From the human T2T-CHM13v2.0 reference genome, Homo sapiens, in assembly GCF_009914755.1 (NCBI RefSeq), contig NC_060943.1: 64,000 nt of DNA, one strand, 5' to 3'. Positions 1-17,319 of this stretch are shown one piece after another. Both the position numbers and the translations under genes were made by a program. A model generated the notes under the pieces. It was not told the origin of the DNA. It saw only the letters and a list, made by a program, of their open reading frames with translations, and searched no databases. Each line of letters opens with the position of its first letter. Position 1 is the stretch's first letter.

Positions 1-929
1 CCACCTCAGCCTCCCAAAATGCTGGGATTACAGGTGTGAGCCACCGCACCCAGCTAGTGAAACTCTTTCCAGCTCCCCAAACCCTGGGCAGAAGCCGGGA
101 TATGAATTATTTATTTACTTACTGAGTTATGTGACATAACTCACACCATATGAAATGCACCATTTTTTAGTGTACAAATAAATGGATTTTAGTGTCTTCA
201 CTATGCTGTGCAATCACCATCCCTACCTCATCCCACAGCATTTCCATCACCTCAGAAAGAACCCCCAAGTAGTCAGTCCTAGTTCTTCCCTTCCCTCAGC
301 CTTAAGAAATCACTAGTCTACTCTCAGTTTCTATGGCTTTGTCTATTCTGGATATTTCATGTGCATAAAATCACACCAAATACACGTCCTTTTGTAGCTG
401 TTGATGGAAAAGAAGTGGTTACCATGAAGGAACTGAAGTTTTCCAAAGACAAAATTATAATGTGGCCTGACAGAAGAAGTACAGAAATTGATAACAAAAA
501 CAAATCCATCACAACTTATCATGAATCTGGTCATGCCATTATTGCATATTACACAAAAGATGAAATGTCTATCAACAAAGCTACAATCATGCCACAGGGG
601 CCAACATTTGGACCTGTGTCCCCATTACCTGGTGATGACAGATGGAATGAAACCAGAGCCCAGCTGCTTGCACAAATGGACATTAGTATGGGAGCAAGAG
701 TGGCAGAGGAGCTTATATTTGGAATTGACCATATTACAACAGGTGCTTCCAGTGATTTTGCTAATGCCACTAAAATGGCAAAGCAGATGGTTATCAAATT
801 TGGAATTAGCGAAAAGCTTGGAGTTATGACCTACAGTGACACAGGGAAACTAAGTCCAGAAACTCAATCTGCTATTGAACATGAAATAAGAACCATTCTA
901 AGGGACTCATATAAATGAGCAAAACTTAT

Positions 930-1302
930 TCAAAATTCAAATAATTGTATGACATGGTTATAACAAAACACCTTCCTACCCCATCCATAGTATTTATTTA
1001 GATGAACAAATTTTCTCAGTCCTGTATCTATACAAATGAAAACTAGATATAGTATTGACGTTTAGCTCTGTTTCAGTCTAGGAATAAGTAATATTTACCA
1101 GTGGACTTGTGAACAATTAATAACCATAATCAAGAAGTATTTTTAAAACATTTAGAATCTTAAATTTATATAGTAGAGATGGATAGGGTGATCCATGAAA
1201 GATGTTTAATTATATAATTATTACATTTCGCTAAAAACTTGTTGGTGATGTTGAATGGAAAATCAAGTCAAAAATAAAGAAGAATGATGCAAACCTTAAA
1301 AA
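930..1302 (+). mobile_element. Retroposed non-repeat mRNA 3'-end fragment nested in the YME1L1 pseudogene
   Basis: Perfect 17-bp TSD aaatgagcaaaacttat (913-929 and 1303-1319), AATAAA at 1273-1278, A-tract from 1298; AT-rich, UTR-like body. Confidence 0.85.
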
Positions 1303-1920
1303 AAATGAGCAAAACTTATCTTGAAAAGTCATGCAGAGGAGCATAAGAATCTAGCAGAAGCTTTATTGACCTATGAGACTTTAGGTGCCAAAGAGATTCA
1401 AATTGTTCTTCAGGGGAAAAAGTTGGAAGTGAGATGAGAACTCTCTTGATGTGGATGCTTTGCTGGTTTTATTGCAAGAATATAAGTAGCATTGCAGTAG
1501 TCTCCTTTTGCAATGCTTTCTCCTCATTATTGACGTTGTGTAATTTAAGGGTGTGAAACATTTTGTCAATATTTTGTCACGTTTACCCAATTTTGGTTAT
1601 TCTCATTATGACACCCATTGCAAATCAGCATCCCATGGCAAATATATTTTTAAAACTAAAGAACTATCAGGATTAAAGACAGCTCATTTGGGAAATGTCA
1701 ATTAGTTATGAAGTTGAAAGTAACTAATGATTTTATGGTTGGTTACTCTACTAGAGGTGAATAAAACTTCAGCCTTTAGCCTTCTATATACATCAGTGGA
1801 AACTTAATTAAGATGCATTAATTATGTTCCAGATTGACCATCAATAAAATGTTTTTAAATCTAAATGTAGAGAATTGTAAGCATACAGTTGCAACCCGAA
1901 TTTAAATGATTATAACCTTT

Positions 1921-2217
1921 TGGCATGGTGTGATGGCTCACGCCTCTAATCCCAGCACTTTGGGAGGCTGAGGCGAGTGGAAGGCTTGAGTCTAGGAGTT
2001 CGAGACCAGCCTGGCCTACACGGCGAAACCCTGTCTCTACTAAAATTAAAAAAAATAGCCTCCTGTGGTGGTGCACAACTGTAATCCCAGCTACTCAGAA
2101 GGCTGAGGCACAAAAATTTGCTTGAACTGGTTGCAGTGAGCCAAGATCTCACAACTCCACTCTAGCCTGGGCGACAGAGTGAAACTTTGTCTCAGTAAAT
2201 AAATAAATAAATAAATA
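1921..2217 (+). mobile_element. Alu within the YME1L1 retrocopy 3'UTR
   Basis: Alu consensus body, (TAAA)n tail, flanking att(a/g)taacctttt repeat. Confidence 0.9.
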
Positions 2218-3241
2218 ATTGTAACCTTTTAAAAATAAAAAAACCCAAACAAATATATGTCCTTTTTTTGTCATTATTCATGATAGCTAAATAGTGAAAA
2301 CAACCCAAATGTCCATCAATTGGTGAATGCATAAACCAAATGTGATATAGGCATAGAATGGAATATTCTTCAACAGTAGAAAGGAACAAAGACCAATTAC
2401 ATGCTCTAGCGTGCAGAGACCACGAAAACATTTTGCTATGTGCAATTGGATTTTTGCCATTTTGTTGTTGTTTTTAATGTAGTACATTTATTTTAATTTA
2501 TTATTTTTTTAAAAAAAATTCAATAGCTTTTGGGGAACAGGTGGTGTTTGGTTACGTGGATAAGCTCTTTAGTGGTGATTTTTGAGATTTTGGTGCATTC
2601 ATCACCCGAGCAGTGTACACTGCACCCAATGTGTAGTCTTTTATCGCTCATCCCCCTCCCATTGTTCCCTGTGAGTCCCCAGATTCCATTATATCCTTCT
2701 TATGCCTTTGCATCCTCATAGTTTAGCTCCCACTTATGAGACCATATGATGTTTGGTTTTCCATTTCTGAATTACTTCACTTGGAATAATGGTCTCCAAC
2801 TGCATCTAGGTTGCTGCGAATGCCATTATTTTGTCCCTTTTTGTGGCTGAGTAGTATTCCGTGCTGTGTGTGTGTATATACACACATACACATACATGTT
2901 TTTCATATGTTTGTGGACCGTTCGTATATCTTCTTTTGAGAGTTGTCACAAAGGGAATTGGATTTGGAGGGAACAATTTTATGGCCATTTTTCAGTATAA
3001 TCATCGGGTGAAGACAGTGTCTGTTCGGCCAGTGTCGCTTTAATCCATTACCTGTAGCCAGGAAGGGAGACGTTTATCGCAGAGATAGGCACCAACCTGG
3101 AATGCTTTCCTCAAAGGCGATTAACTGTAGTGTGAACCCGAAATTTCACCGCAGTTTGGTCCTGATTTGGCACAAGATATGCTTTATCCACTGATGTGAA
3201 ATGTCCAGGTGTTTTTTTGTACGGTTTTGTTGCTGAAAGAC

Positions 3242-3327
3242 ACAATACCCTCTAATCTAAGGCATCCTCTCCAAATCCCACTGAACAATACCCTCTAATC
3301 TAAGGCATCCTCTCCAAATCCCACTGA
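3242..3327. repeat. Perfect 43-bp tandem duplication
   Basis: acaataccctctaatctaaggcatcctctccaaatcccactga x2 (3242-3284, 3285-3327). Confidence 0.95.
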
Positions 3328-3329
3328 GG

Positions 3330-4700
3330 CACAGGAGTGACACTAGAGAGGGGGTCACGGAGCTTCCTGAGAGAGATTCGCCTCCTGAACCCTGGGCAGA
3401 TCCTCCCCACCTTGGGATCTCTGTGAACCTCTGGGGTCTTCTATTCAATCAGGACCAAGTTGTGAGGTGGGATTCCTTCCAGGCTACAGTCTCCCCTCTC
3501 CCTCTTTCAATTTTATCAAGACAGATCAGAGGTTTGTGGGAGGGAGTCATGGCGTCTCCTCCACAGCCCCCAGCTGTGCAGATGGATGAGGCCACCGTTC
3601 CTGGATGGAGTAAATCTACTGGGAACCTGGGTTCTCCATCACGAGGTTGTCCCGTCATCAGCCCCAAAAGAAGGGGAACTGCCCTCTCCGGGAGCTTGAC
3701 TTTCATTTCCCCAAGGCTGGGACTGGGGCAGGCACCAGGCTGTCTTCAGATACTTCATACAGAAATGGTATCTCCCTGACCCTTTTCTGCGATTTGCCTC
3801 ATCTGTCCTCATCTCATCAAGGGTCAGGACGTAGGAGCCGATAGACCCAGCACCTTTCTGAGTCTGTCCTGTCCAAGTGAGGGTGACTGGGGGCTTGTTC
3901 TTCTTCTCAGAGCCTCCCTGTGGGGTCCTCTTCCCTCCTTCAGCCTGTCCATCAACACAGCATTGCGGGATCCTTACCATGGCATCCAGCCCTGGAGATG
4001 CTTCAGGAAAGTTGCAGGTCCATGCTGCAGGACAGGCTCAGATCAGCAGAGACGCATCTCACATCGGGCTGTGAAATTCAAGTTGAGCTGCAATTGGCAA
4101 TGAGAAGAAAAAAGGAGAAATAAAGAAATGCTGACTCTTCTTTTGTCTTTGGAGTATGGGTTTTATTTCTTCCAGTTTCCTTCTTAGACTTCCCTTCTTT
4201 TTTTTCTTCCTATTTTTTTTAATAGTGTTCAGGTCCCCCTCCCTTAAAAGTAACCTCTGAGTCATTCCTGCCTCCTTGGCGTCCCTCCCACCCCCAGCCC
4301 CGCTTCCTTGGGCATTCCCCTGCATCTCAGTCTGCCTTCAAGGTTTTGGGAACAAGTACTTGTCTTGAGCTCTGATTTGGGGGTGGGATAGGGAGTTAAT
4401 TTTTTCTGAATTGCTCACCTTCATCCCTGCGTGCATGACCTTGGGCAGTAAGTCCCATCTCTGAGCCTCGGTTTCCTCATTTGGAGCCTGTTGTCATGAA
4501 CCCCCCTCCTGAGTGGTTTTGGGGGCCAGTGGTGCCTGGGTCATGGGAGGGCCTCAGTCATGGTACATTTCCAGACCGGGTTAAGTCTTGGGGGTTGAAA
4601 CATGAGTGGATCCTGGTGTTGGACTGCACAGTCACGGTGAGTGACTTATGTGCTCAACAGCCCACATCTGCTCCTAACACTGGGAAAACCTACTTATAAT
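3330..4700 (-). pseudogene. Orphan LILR 5' module (promoter, exon 1, signal-peptide exon) with no Ig exons
   Basis: Paralogous to LILRB2 12.7-14.0 kb. Exon-1 donor CCATG|gtaagg at ~3978; signal exon MTPSHKPLICL (ATG 3548-3550) has its donor GT changed to AT; homology stops near 3330. Confidence 0.85.
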
Positions 4701-5439
4701 GTGTCTGAAATATGTAGCCATGGTCCAATGAAGAAAATGAGAAATGAGACTTCCTGTCATAGGCAGGAAACCTTAAGAAGCAGAAGATGCCAGCGCCGAG
4801 GGGCTGCTGGTGACTTGCAAAGCTGGGGGTCACTAAGGGGGAGGTTTCTGCCTCTGTATGAGACAGAGGAGAACCCCAGGGCCCTCACAGACAGGGAGGG
4901 GTCGGGGTTTTGGATGAAAGTGGGAAGTTGTGGCTCCTTCTCCCCTGTGTTTGTGGATGGCACTGGGATATCTCTGCTCATTGACTCAGGTCCATGGTCA
5001 GCCCTGAGCCGCCTCCTCCATGTGTGTGAAACAGATTCACTGCAGCGTTGTCACACATGGGCGTCTGTCCCACATGCGAGTCTGAGGCTCACACTGGACC
5101 CTCCCTGCTGGTTACAGCCCTGAGTAGACTCATGTGGCACTGGCAGGTGGAACCATCTCCCCTTTTCCAGCCTTAACTCCCAGCACAGCCCTGGTGGAAA
5201 CCCTCTCTGGAAGATGAGGCATGTGGGAAGCATGTGTCCAAAAATGACAAGGAGAAGGAATTATCCTAATGATCAAAAGTGCTATGATGGGCCAGGCACC
5301 GTGGCTCATGCCTGCAGTCCCAGCACTTTGGGAGGTCAAGGCGGGCGGGTCACTTGGGCCCAGGAGTTCAAGACCAGCCTGGGCAACATGGCAAAACCTC
5401 ATCTCTACAAGAAATACAAAAATTAGCTGGATGTGGTGT

Positions 5440-5815
5440 CATGAATAATGGCCTCCAGCTCATCCAGGTTGCTGCAAAACTCAATCCCTTGTACATCAGT
5501 TGCAAAAAATTAAAAATATCTAAGAATATACCTAACTGAGGAGGTGAAAGATCTCTACAAGAAGAACAACAAAATGCTGCAGAAAGAAATCGTAGATGAC
5601 ACAGCAAAATAGAAATATATCCCATGCTCATGGATTGGCAGAATCAATATTGTGAAAATGATCACACTTCCCAAAGCAATATTTAGGTTCAATGCAATTC
5701 CCATCAAAATATCAACATCATTTTTTTCACAGAATTAGAAAAAAATCCTAAAATTCATATGGAACCAAAAAGAGGATGAATACCAAAGCAATCTTAAGCA
5801 AAAAGACAAATGTAA
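5440..5815 (+). mobile_element. L1 ORF2 fragment
   Basis: L1-typical sequence atcccatgctcatggattggcagaatcaatattgtgaaaatg...cctaaaattcatatggaaccaaaaaga. Confidence 0.85.
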
Positions 5816-6227
5816 ATTTAATAAACATATCCTAGGCTGAATTGTAGGGGGTTTGTTTTTGCTCACTTCAACCTCCACCTCCCGGGTTCATTCAAGTGAT
5901 CCTCCTGCCTCTGCCTCCCAAGTAGCTGGGATTGCAGCGTGCGCCACCATGTCCAGCTAATTTTTGTATTTTTAGTAGAGATGGGGTTTTGCCTTGTTGG
6001 CCATGCTGGTCTTGAACTCCCGGCCTCAAGTAATCTGTGGCCTCTGCCTCCCTAGGTGTTGAGATTACAGGCGTGAGCCACCGCACCCGGGCACATTGCC
6101 TCTTTTTCTATTCTCAAGAAACATTTGTGATGCTCTGGGTGTGTTTGTGTGTTTCATTAGTGCGTCAATATTTGTAAGAAATCACCAGTGAAACTTCCTG
6201 AACTGGAGTTGATACGATGGGAACATT

Positions 6228-6233
6228 TTTATT
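6228..6233 (-). terminator. LILRB2: Probable LILRB2 polyadenylation signal (AATAAA)
   Basis: tttatt on + strand ~850 nt downstream of the LILRB2 stop, next to a (CA)n/(TA)n microsatellite at 6249-6302. Confidence 0.65.
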
Positions 6234-6245
6234 ACAGTCAATGTT

Positions 6246-6284
<39 letters not shown>

Positions 6285-7072
6285 CACACACATACACACA
6301 CATTTAAAATGAGTCAGATTCTCTGATTACTCTTACGTTCATTATGTAAACTCCAGTTTTGAATATTTCATCCATTTAATCTGCATTTTCTAGTATATTG
6401 GTATAGGTTTGCAGCCTGTTCTGGGGTTAGTTTGTGAAAATGTGTGTAGGATCTGCTGGGCTGTCTGCTGGCTCACTCCCATATGGAAATGCGTGCCTGC
6501 TCTTTCTTTCTCTTGCTCAATGTAGTTAGGATTTATGACTGTAATTAATATTTTCAAGAATGAGCTTCATTGGCTTTGTTGAATTTTCAAGTTTTGGTTT
6601 TTCCTCATGAGCAACTCTTCTTCTTCTTATTCCCTTTCTTACACCTTCATTTGGAATAATTGGTTATTCTTTTTCTAAATTCCTTATACGAAAGCCAACG
6701 TCATTCATTTCCTAGTTTTTCTTTTTCGTTTCTACTTTTTTCATTTGTGGTTTGTACTTTTTCAATTTCATTGTGTGATGTGTAATATTTATATTGTGAT
6801 TCAGTTTAAAGCACATTCTTACTTCTGATTTTAGTTTTCTCGGTTAACTCATTGATTATTGAGAAGTCTGTTGCTTTAATTAAAAAATGTAGGGATATTA
6901 GTTATTTCGACTGCAGAATCAAGTGAGTCCCAAAGTTCCCAGCATCTCCTCATGGTCTTTGTTAGGGGTCCAGGCTGACTGGGGTTCATTGGTGTCCACT
7001 GGGGGCAGCTCCCGTGCCTTCAGCAGTCCTGAGTCTCCTTCTACTGAGTGTGGAGTCTGCGTACCCTCCGGG

Positions 7073-12886
<5,814 letters not shown>

Positions 12887-13350
12887 GGCGTCTCCTCCCA
12901 CTGCCCTGCTCTGCGGATGGATGAGCCCTCGGTGCTGGCGGGACAGAGACACACAGAGAGAAATAGCCTCCCCTCCTTCCCACCCTGTGTGGACACTCAG
13001 AGGCTGGGTCCTTCTCATGGGGTGTTGTCATCTGCAGCCACACAAGAAGCGGAACTGCCCTCCCAGGAGCCTGACTCTCATTCTTTTAGAGCTGAGGTGG
13101 GGGCAGGCACTGGGCCCTCTGCAGACATTTCAGACTGTAATGGGGTCTTTCCTGACCCCCAGCCACTGTCTGTCTGGTTTCTCCTCGTCTCACCGAGAGC
13201 CGGGATGTAGCAGCAAATAGAACTGGTGCTTCTTGTGTCTGCCCTTCCTGATGAGGGTAGCAGTGGCTTCCCCTTCCTTCTCACAGCTTCCCACATGGTC
13301 ACCCTCCCTCCTTCAGCCCATCCATCAGCACAGCGTTGTGGGGTCCTTAC

Positions 13351-13560
13351 CATGGCAGTCGTCCCTCCAGCCCTGGAGATGCTTCAGGGAAGACCCAGGT
13401 CCATGCTGCAGGCAGACTCAGATCAGCAGAGAAGCATCTCGCCTCTGGCTGTGCCGTCCAGGTTGAGCTGCGTGTGGCAGTGAGCACAGAGGAGAAATGC
13501 AGGGAAGTAGGGGAAGAAAAGTTGACTTCTTTCTTGACACTGGATTGTGGGTTTTCTTTC
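13351..13560 (-). promoter_or_regulatory. LILRB2: LILRB2 first exon and proximal promoter
   Basis: Donor GCCATG|gtaagg at 13351/13350; ETS/PU.1-type GGAA motifs at 13501-13520; the same module precedes LILRA3 and LILRA5. Exact TSS cannot be determined. Confidence 0.75.
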
Positions 13561-14498
13561 AACCAAATAGTCCCCTCTTAACTTCCCCTTTTTAAATGTT
13601 TTTGCTCCAGCGTCCACTCCCTCCCCCCCGGGAAGAAACCTCTGAGTCTTTCCTGCCTCCTCGGTGCCCATTGCGTCCTTAGCCGTCCCTCTGCACCTCA
13701 ATTCCTGGTCAACATTTTGGGAACAATGACTTATGTTTGAGCTTTGATTTGGGGAGTGGGGGAGGGAGTTGATATTTATTTGATGACTGGTTATCATCCG
13801 CTGCCTACGTGACCTTGGTTTGTAATGTCCCATCACTGAGCCTCAGTTTCTTCCTTTGCAGATTGTTGTCATGAATCCCACTCGTCACAGTGGTTGTGGG
13901 GTCAGTGGTGCCTGGGACATTGGGAGGGGCTCATTTGTGCTTGATTTCCAGACCAGGGTAAGACCTGAGGCTTTGGGACGTGAGAGGATCTTGCTGTTGG
14001 ACTCCACATTCTGTAGGTGATTGATGAGTCCACTCAAGATGTCACATCTGACCGTAATGGAGAAACGTATGTGTAGCATTTCTGAAATACCCAGAGTATC
14101 AAGGTCATGAGCAGAAAAAGACATGTGAAAACCCCAAGTGTAGACGGACTCACAAGAAAGAACAGAGGCCAGAGGTGAGATGCCACAGGGTCCCGGGACC
14201 ATCAAGGGCTCATTAGGGTGGAGGTTTCCACCACTGAGTGGAGCCGGGAGAGGAACCCCGGGATCTGCAATGACAGTGAGGGGCTCAGGGCTCCAGACCA
14301 AGGTGGGAGGCTGCGTCCTCTAGCTACACCTGAGGCTGGAGTGGACCCCAAGCAGCCCAGGGGAATTCCCTCAAGGGAGTGCACCAAACTGTCCAGACCT
14401 GCTGGAATTCCAAGGAAAGAAGCACTAAACACCAGGGTGTTCATAGAGCATTTATTAGGGGGACCTCTGCACAGTGGGGCATCCTTGTCTTCTTGCCC

Positions 14499-14570
14499 AG
14501 TGTCTCCTTGTGGATCTCAAGGATGTGCTTCCACATAGCAGCATGTTCTTCAGATGGACAAGGAGACACT
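14499..14570 (+). ncRNA. MIR4752: pre-miR-4752 hairpin (mature ~14508-14529 UUGUGGAUCUCAAGGAUGUGCU)
   Basis: Perfect basal stem cccagtgtctccttgt...acaaggagacactggg (14496-14573); matches the recalled hsa-mir-4752 sequence and its position upstream of LILRB2. Confidence 0.88.
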
Positions 14571-14648
14571 GGGTATTCTATCCAAAGCTTTAACCTAAAA
14601 TAAAAACAAAACCAAAAATAAACCCCTAGAAAATATGATCTCTCAGTA

Positions 14649-14887
14649 CAGTTGTTTCTTGGGATACACAGGCAATTCGTTTCAGTACCCCCTACATGTA
14701 CCAACACTTGCTCGTACTCCAGCCCTGACGTTGTCTCTGCTGGGTCTGCATATAGGAAAAGTCTGCCGTTCATATACGCAAGTCTTGTTTCTCACAAATG
14801 CTATAGTTTTGATCCCCGTTTGTTTGGAAAAAGTGTGCATATAAGAGACCCCTGGAATTCAAGGCTGCATTGCTCCAGGGTTGCCTG
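14649..14887 (+). mobile_element. MER8-like Tigger DNA transposon relic
   Basis: Begins ta|cagttgt; degenerate colinear match to the recalled MER8 consensus over ~240 bp. Confidence 0.6.
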
Positions 14888-14982
14888 GATTTTGAGTTTA
14901 TTTGGGAGTGAGAAGCAAGGATTACAATATGGAGTGCATGGCATGGCAAGCCACAGTGTGTCCAGAGAGGGAAGTGTGATGT

Positions 14983-15720
14983 TGTGATATATGCTGGTTT
15001 TCACCCGCAGTTCCTGGCTTGTAACTCCCATAGCCCTTGTTATAGTCTTTTGTTATAACATTGGCTGTGCTGGGCCTCAGCGGAGGCCTCTGACCTCCTC
15101 CTGCCCTTCCTTCACCTAACCCAAAGTAAGACTCGAATGTTCCCTGCCTTTCTGATAGTGGATCTTAAGACCCTCCCAGAAGACAGTCTCACCCTGTTCC
15201 TTGTGGGAGGAAATGCTGATGTCATGAAGCTTTCATAAAAGCCCCAGAGGACTGGGTTTCATGAGTTTCTGGGTGGCTGAGCATGCTAAGGCTCCTGGAG
15301 GGCGACGCCCAGGGAGGGTATGGAAGCCCCGGGCCTCTTCCCCCATGCCTCCTCCTATGAGTTTCTTCATCTGTGTCCTCTGCAGTGTGCTTTGTATTCA
15401 ACCAGGAAATGTCAGTGTTTCCTGAGTTCTGTGAGCTGCTACAGCAAATTAATCAAACCGAAGAGTGGGGCATGGGATCCCCAACTTGAAGCCAGTCAGT
15501 CAGAAGTTCTGGAGGTCTGGACTTGGGAATGGTGTTGGGGGCAGTTTTGGGGAATGGGCCTTCAATCTGTGGGATCCGGGACTGTCTCTGGGTAGACAGC
15601 ACCAGAGCTGACTTAGAGGACACCCAGCTGCTGTTCGCTACTGCGTCTGGGGAAAAAAACCCCATACATCTGGTCCTAGAAGTCTTTTTCTGTGTTGATG
15701 ATTCCTGTGACGTGAGAGTA
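14983..15720 (+). mobile_element. MER21-like LTR
   Basis: Motifs gttcctggcttgtaactcc, gaagctttcataaaa, gagggtatggaagc, ttcctgagttctgtgagc. Confidence 0.65.
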
Positions 15721-17319
15721 GAGGAAAAGCACCGTAGAGAGAGCTCTCTGTACATAGAGAGGTAAAGGAAGTTCTTATCAGCAACAAGGGAGAGCCTGAC
15801 AGAGCTGCCTGGAAACAGAGTTCCCTGGTTCCACAGGTTCAAAGCCAGAGTTGCTGTCAGTCCATTGGAGGAGATGCTGTTGCTGGTCAATGGTTCTCTT
15901 GAGAGCATCTTATCTGAATTCCTGACGTCCTAAAGAACATCTAGTGATAAACCTTGTCAAAGCAGAAGGGGCTGAAGGACATGGAAGAGTTTCTTATGGG
16001 TTTTTTAAAAGTCCTTAGAAACAGTTCTTATCTGAGACGTGGAAGCATGGGCCTCCTCTCCTTCAGGCCTTCCTGGCCCTGTGGGGTCTGAGTTTGACCA
16101 AAGTCATCTCATCCTTGCACCTGTAACTTTTCTATTGGGAGTCTGCAGTGAAGGGATGGGGTTACGAAGTTTAACCTGAGAGTTTCAGGAATTTGGTTCA
16201 GGGGAGGGCTTGTTTCTACACTTTTAGCAAAAGGGTTAATTTTTCAGTGTTTTCTAGAAACAACCTAAAGTGCTTTATCAGTACTTGGGGATGCTCAAGA
16301 CCTCAGCTTGGGTTCCAGCCTGCAGGTGGAAACATGCATCTGTCCAACCCACAGAACAGTCATGGCCCTTTGTCTCACTCTCAGAACAAGGAAAAAAGTG
16401 GAGGAAACTGTGGGACCTTAGAGACTGTGACTCCCCCTCTTCTGTGTTTGTGGACAGACCCTGGGATGACTCAGTGACCCGGGCTACACTCAGCACTGAG
16501 CCACCTTCCCGGGTGTGCATGACACAGATGCGCTTTATCATTGTTGGACCGGGCATCTCTGACCCTGGAGTGTGAGGCTCACATGGACCCCGCCATGCCG
16601 GGCATAACACAGAGGTGATTCTAAGCTTGGGAGCATGGACACCGCAGGGCAGGAGCGGCTACAGCAATGCCCTCATCAGCTTTCCTTCCTGAGTCAGCCT
16701 GGGGAGAAACCCTATATGGAAGATCAGGTGTGTGGGAGAAAAACCCACCCCAGAGGAATAAAAATCAAAGAGTCCGTTAGAGAAAAAACAGGCAATTGTA
16801 GAAATGAATTAGGAAGCTATTGTGATGTGAAAATAGTAAATTATATTAACACATTTAGAAATAATTTCATCCAGAACAAGACACAGCTGAAATGATAAAC
16901 ATTGTATTGGTGTAGAATATTTACTAAAATTTTTCATTAGTCATCAGAGAAAAACTAGAAATGAAAAAAATAGAAAAGATAATTAATGCACACAAGAAAT
17001 GGAATGAAAAGAGGAAACAGATATCTCTCTTTGGATCACACTTTCAGAATGAAGGAAATAAGGAGTATGTTATTCAGTAAATACTTGCAAAGAAAATGGT
17101 TGACATTTTTATAGAAATGAAGAAAGAACATGAGTTTAACGTGAACAAATTCATAAATAACATCAATGTCTTAACTATGATAGAGTAAAAGATACCTAGA
17201 ATAGATACAAAGTAATTTTAAAACTACTGGAGAAAATGAAAATTATTGTCCAATGAAAGACAAGCACATTGGGACTGGATTTCCCAAGAGTAAAAAGTGC
17301 AAGAAAATGACTGGGGGCT

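Larger units (their letters stand above)
394..2249 (+). pseudogene. 5'-truncated processed pseudogene of YME1L1 (i-AAA protease C-terminal half plus 3'UTR)
   Basis: Intronless frame VAVDGKEVVTMKELKFSKDKIIM...YHESGHAIIAYYTKD...DRWNETRAQLLAQMD...LRDSYK matches the YME1L1 peptidase M41 domain (HExxH retained). Premature TGA at 916-918; resumes at ~1320 and ends ...GKKLEVR* (TGA 1435-1437). AATAAA at 1843-1848; candidate TSD caaata(c/t)a(c/t)gtcctttt at 377-393 and 2250-2266. Confidence 0.93.

Noticed and set aside
361-918. 185-aa ORF with HExxH as a functional protease
   Set aside because: GTG start in flanking L1 relic, no AAA domain, premature stop and nested insertion.
2940-3240. Non-repetitive-looking segment with several CpGs
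   Set aside because: No long frame or recognisable family; cannot be assigned without a search.
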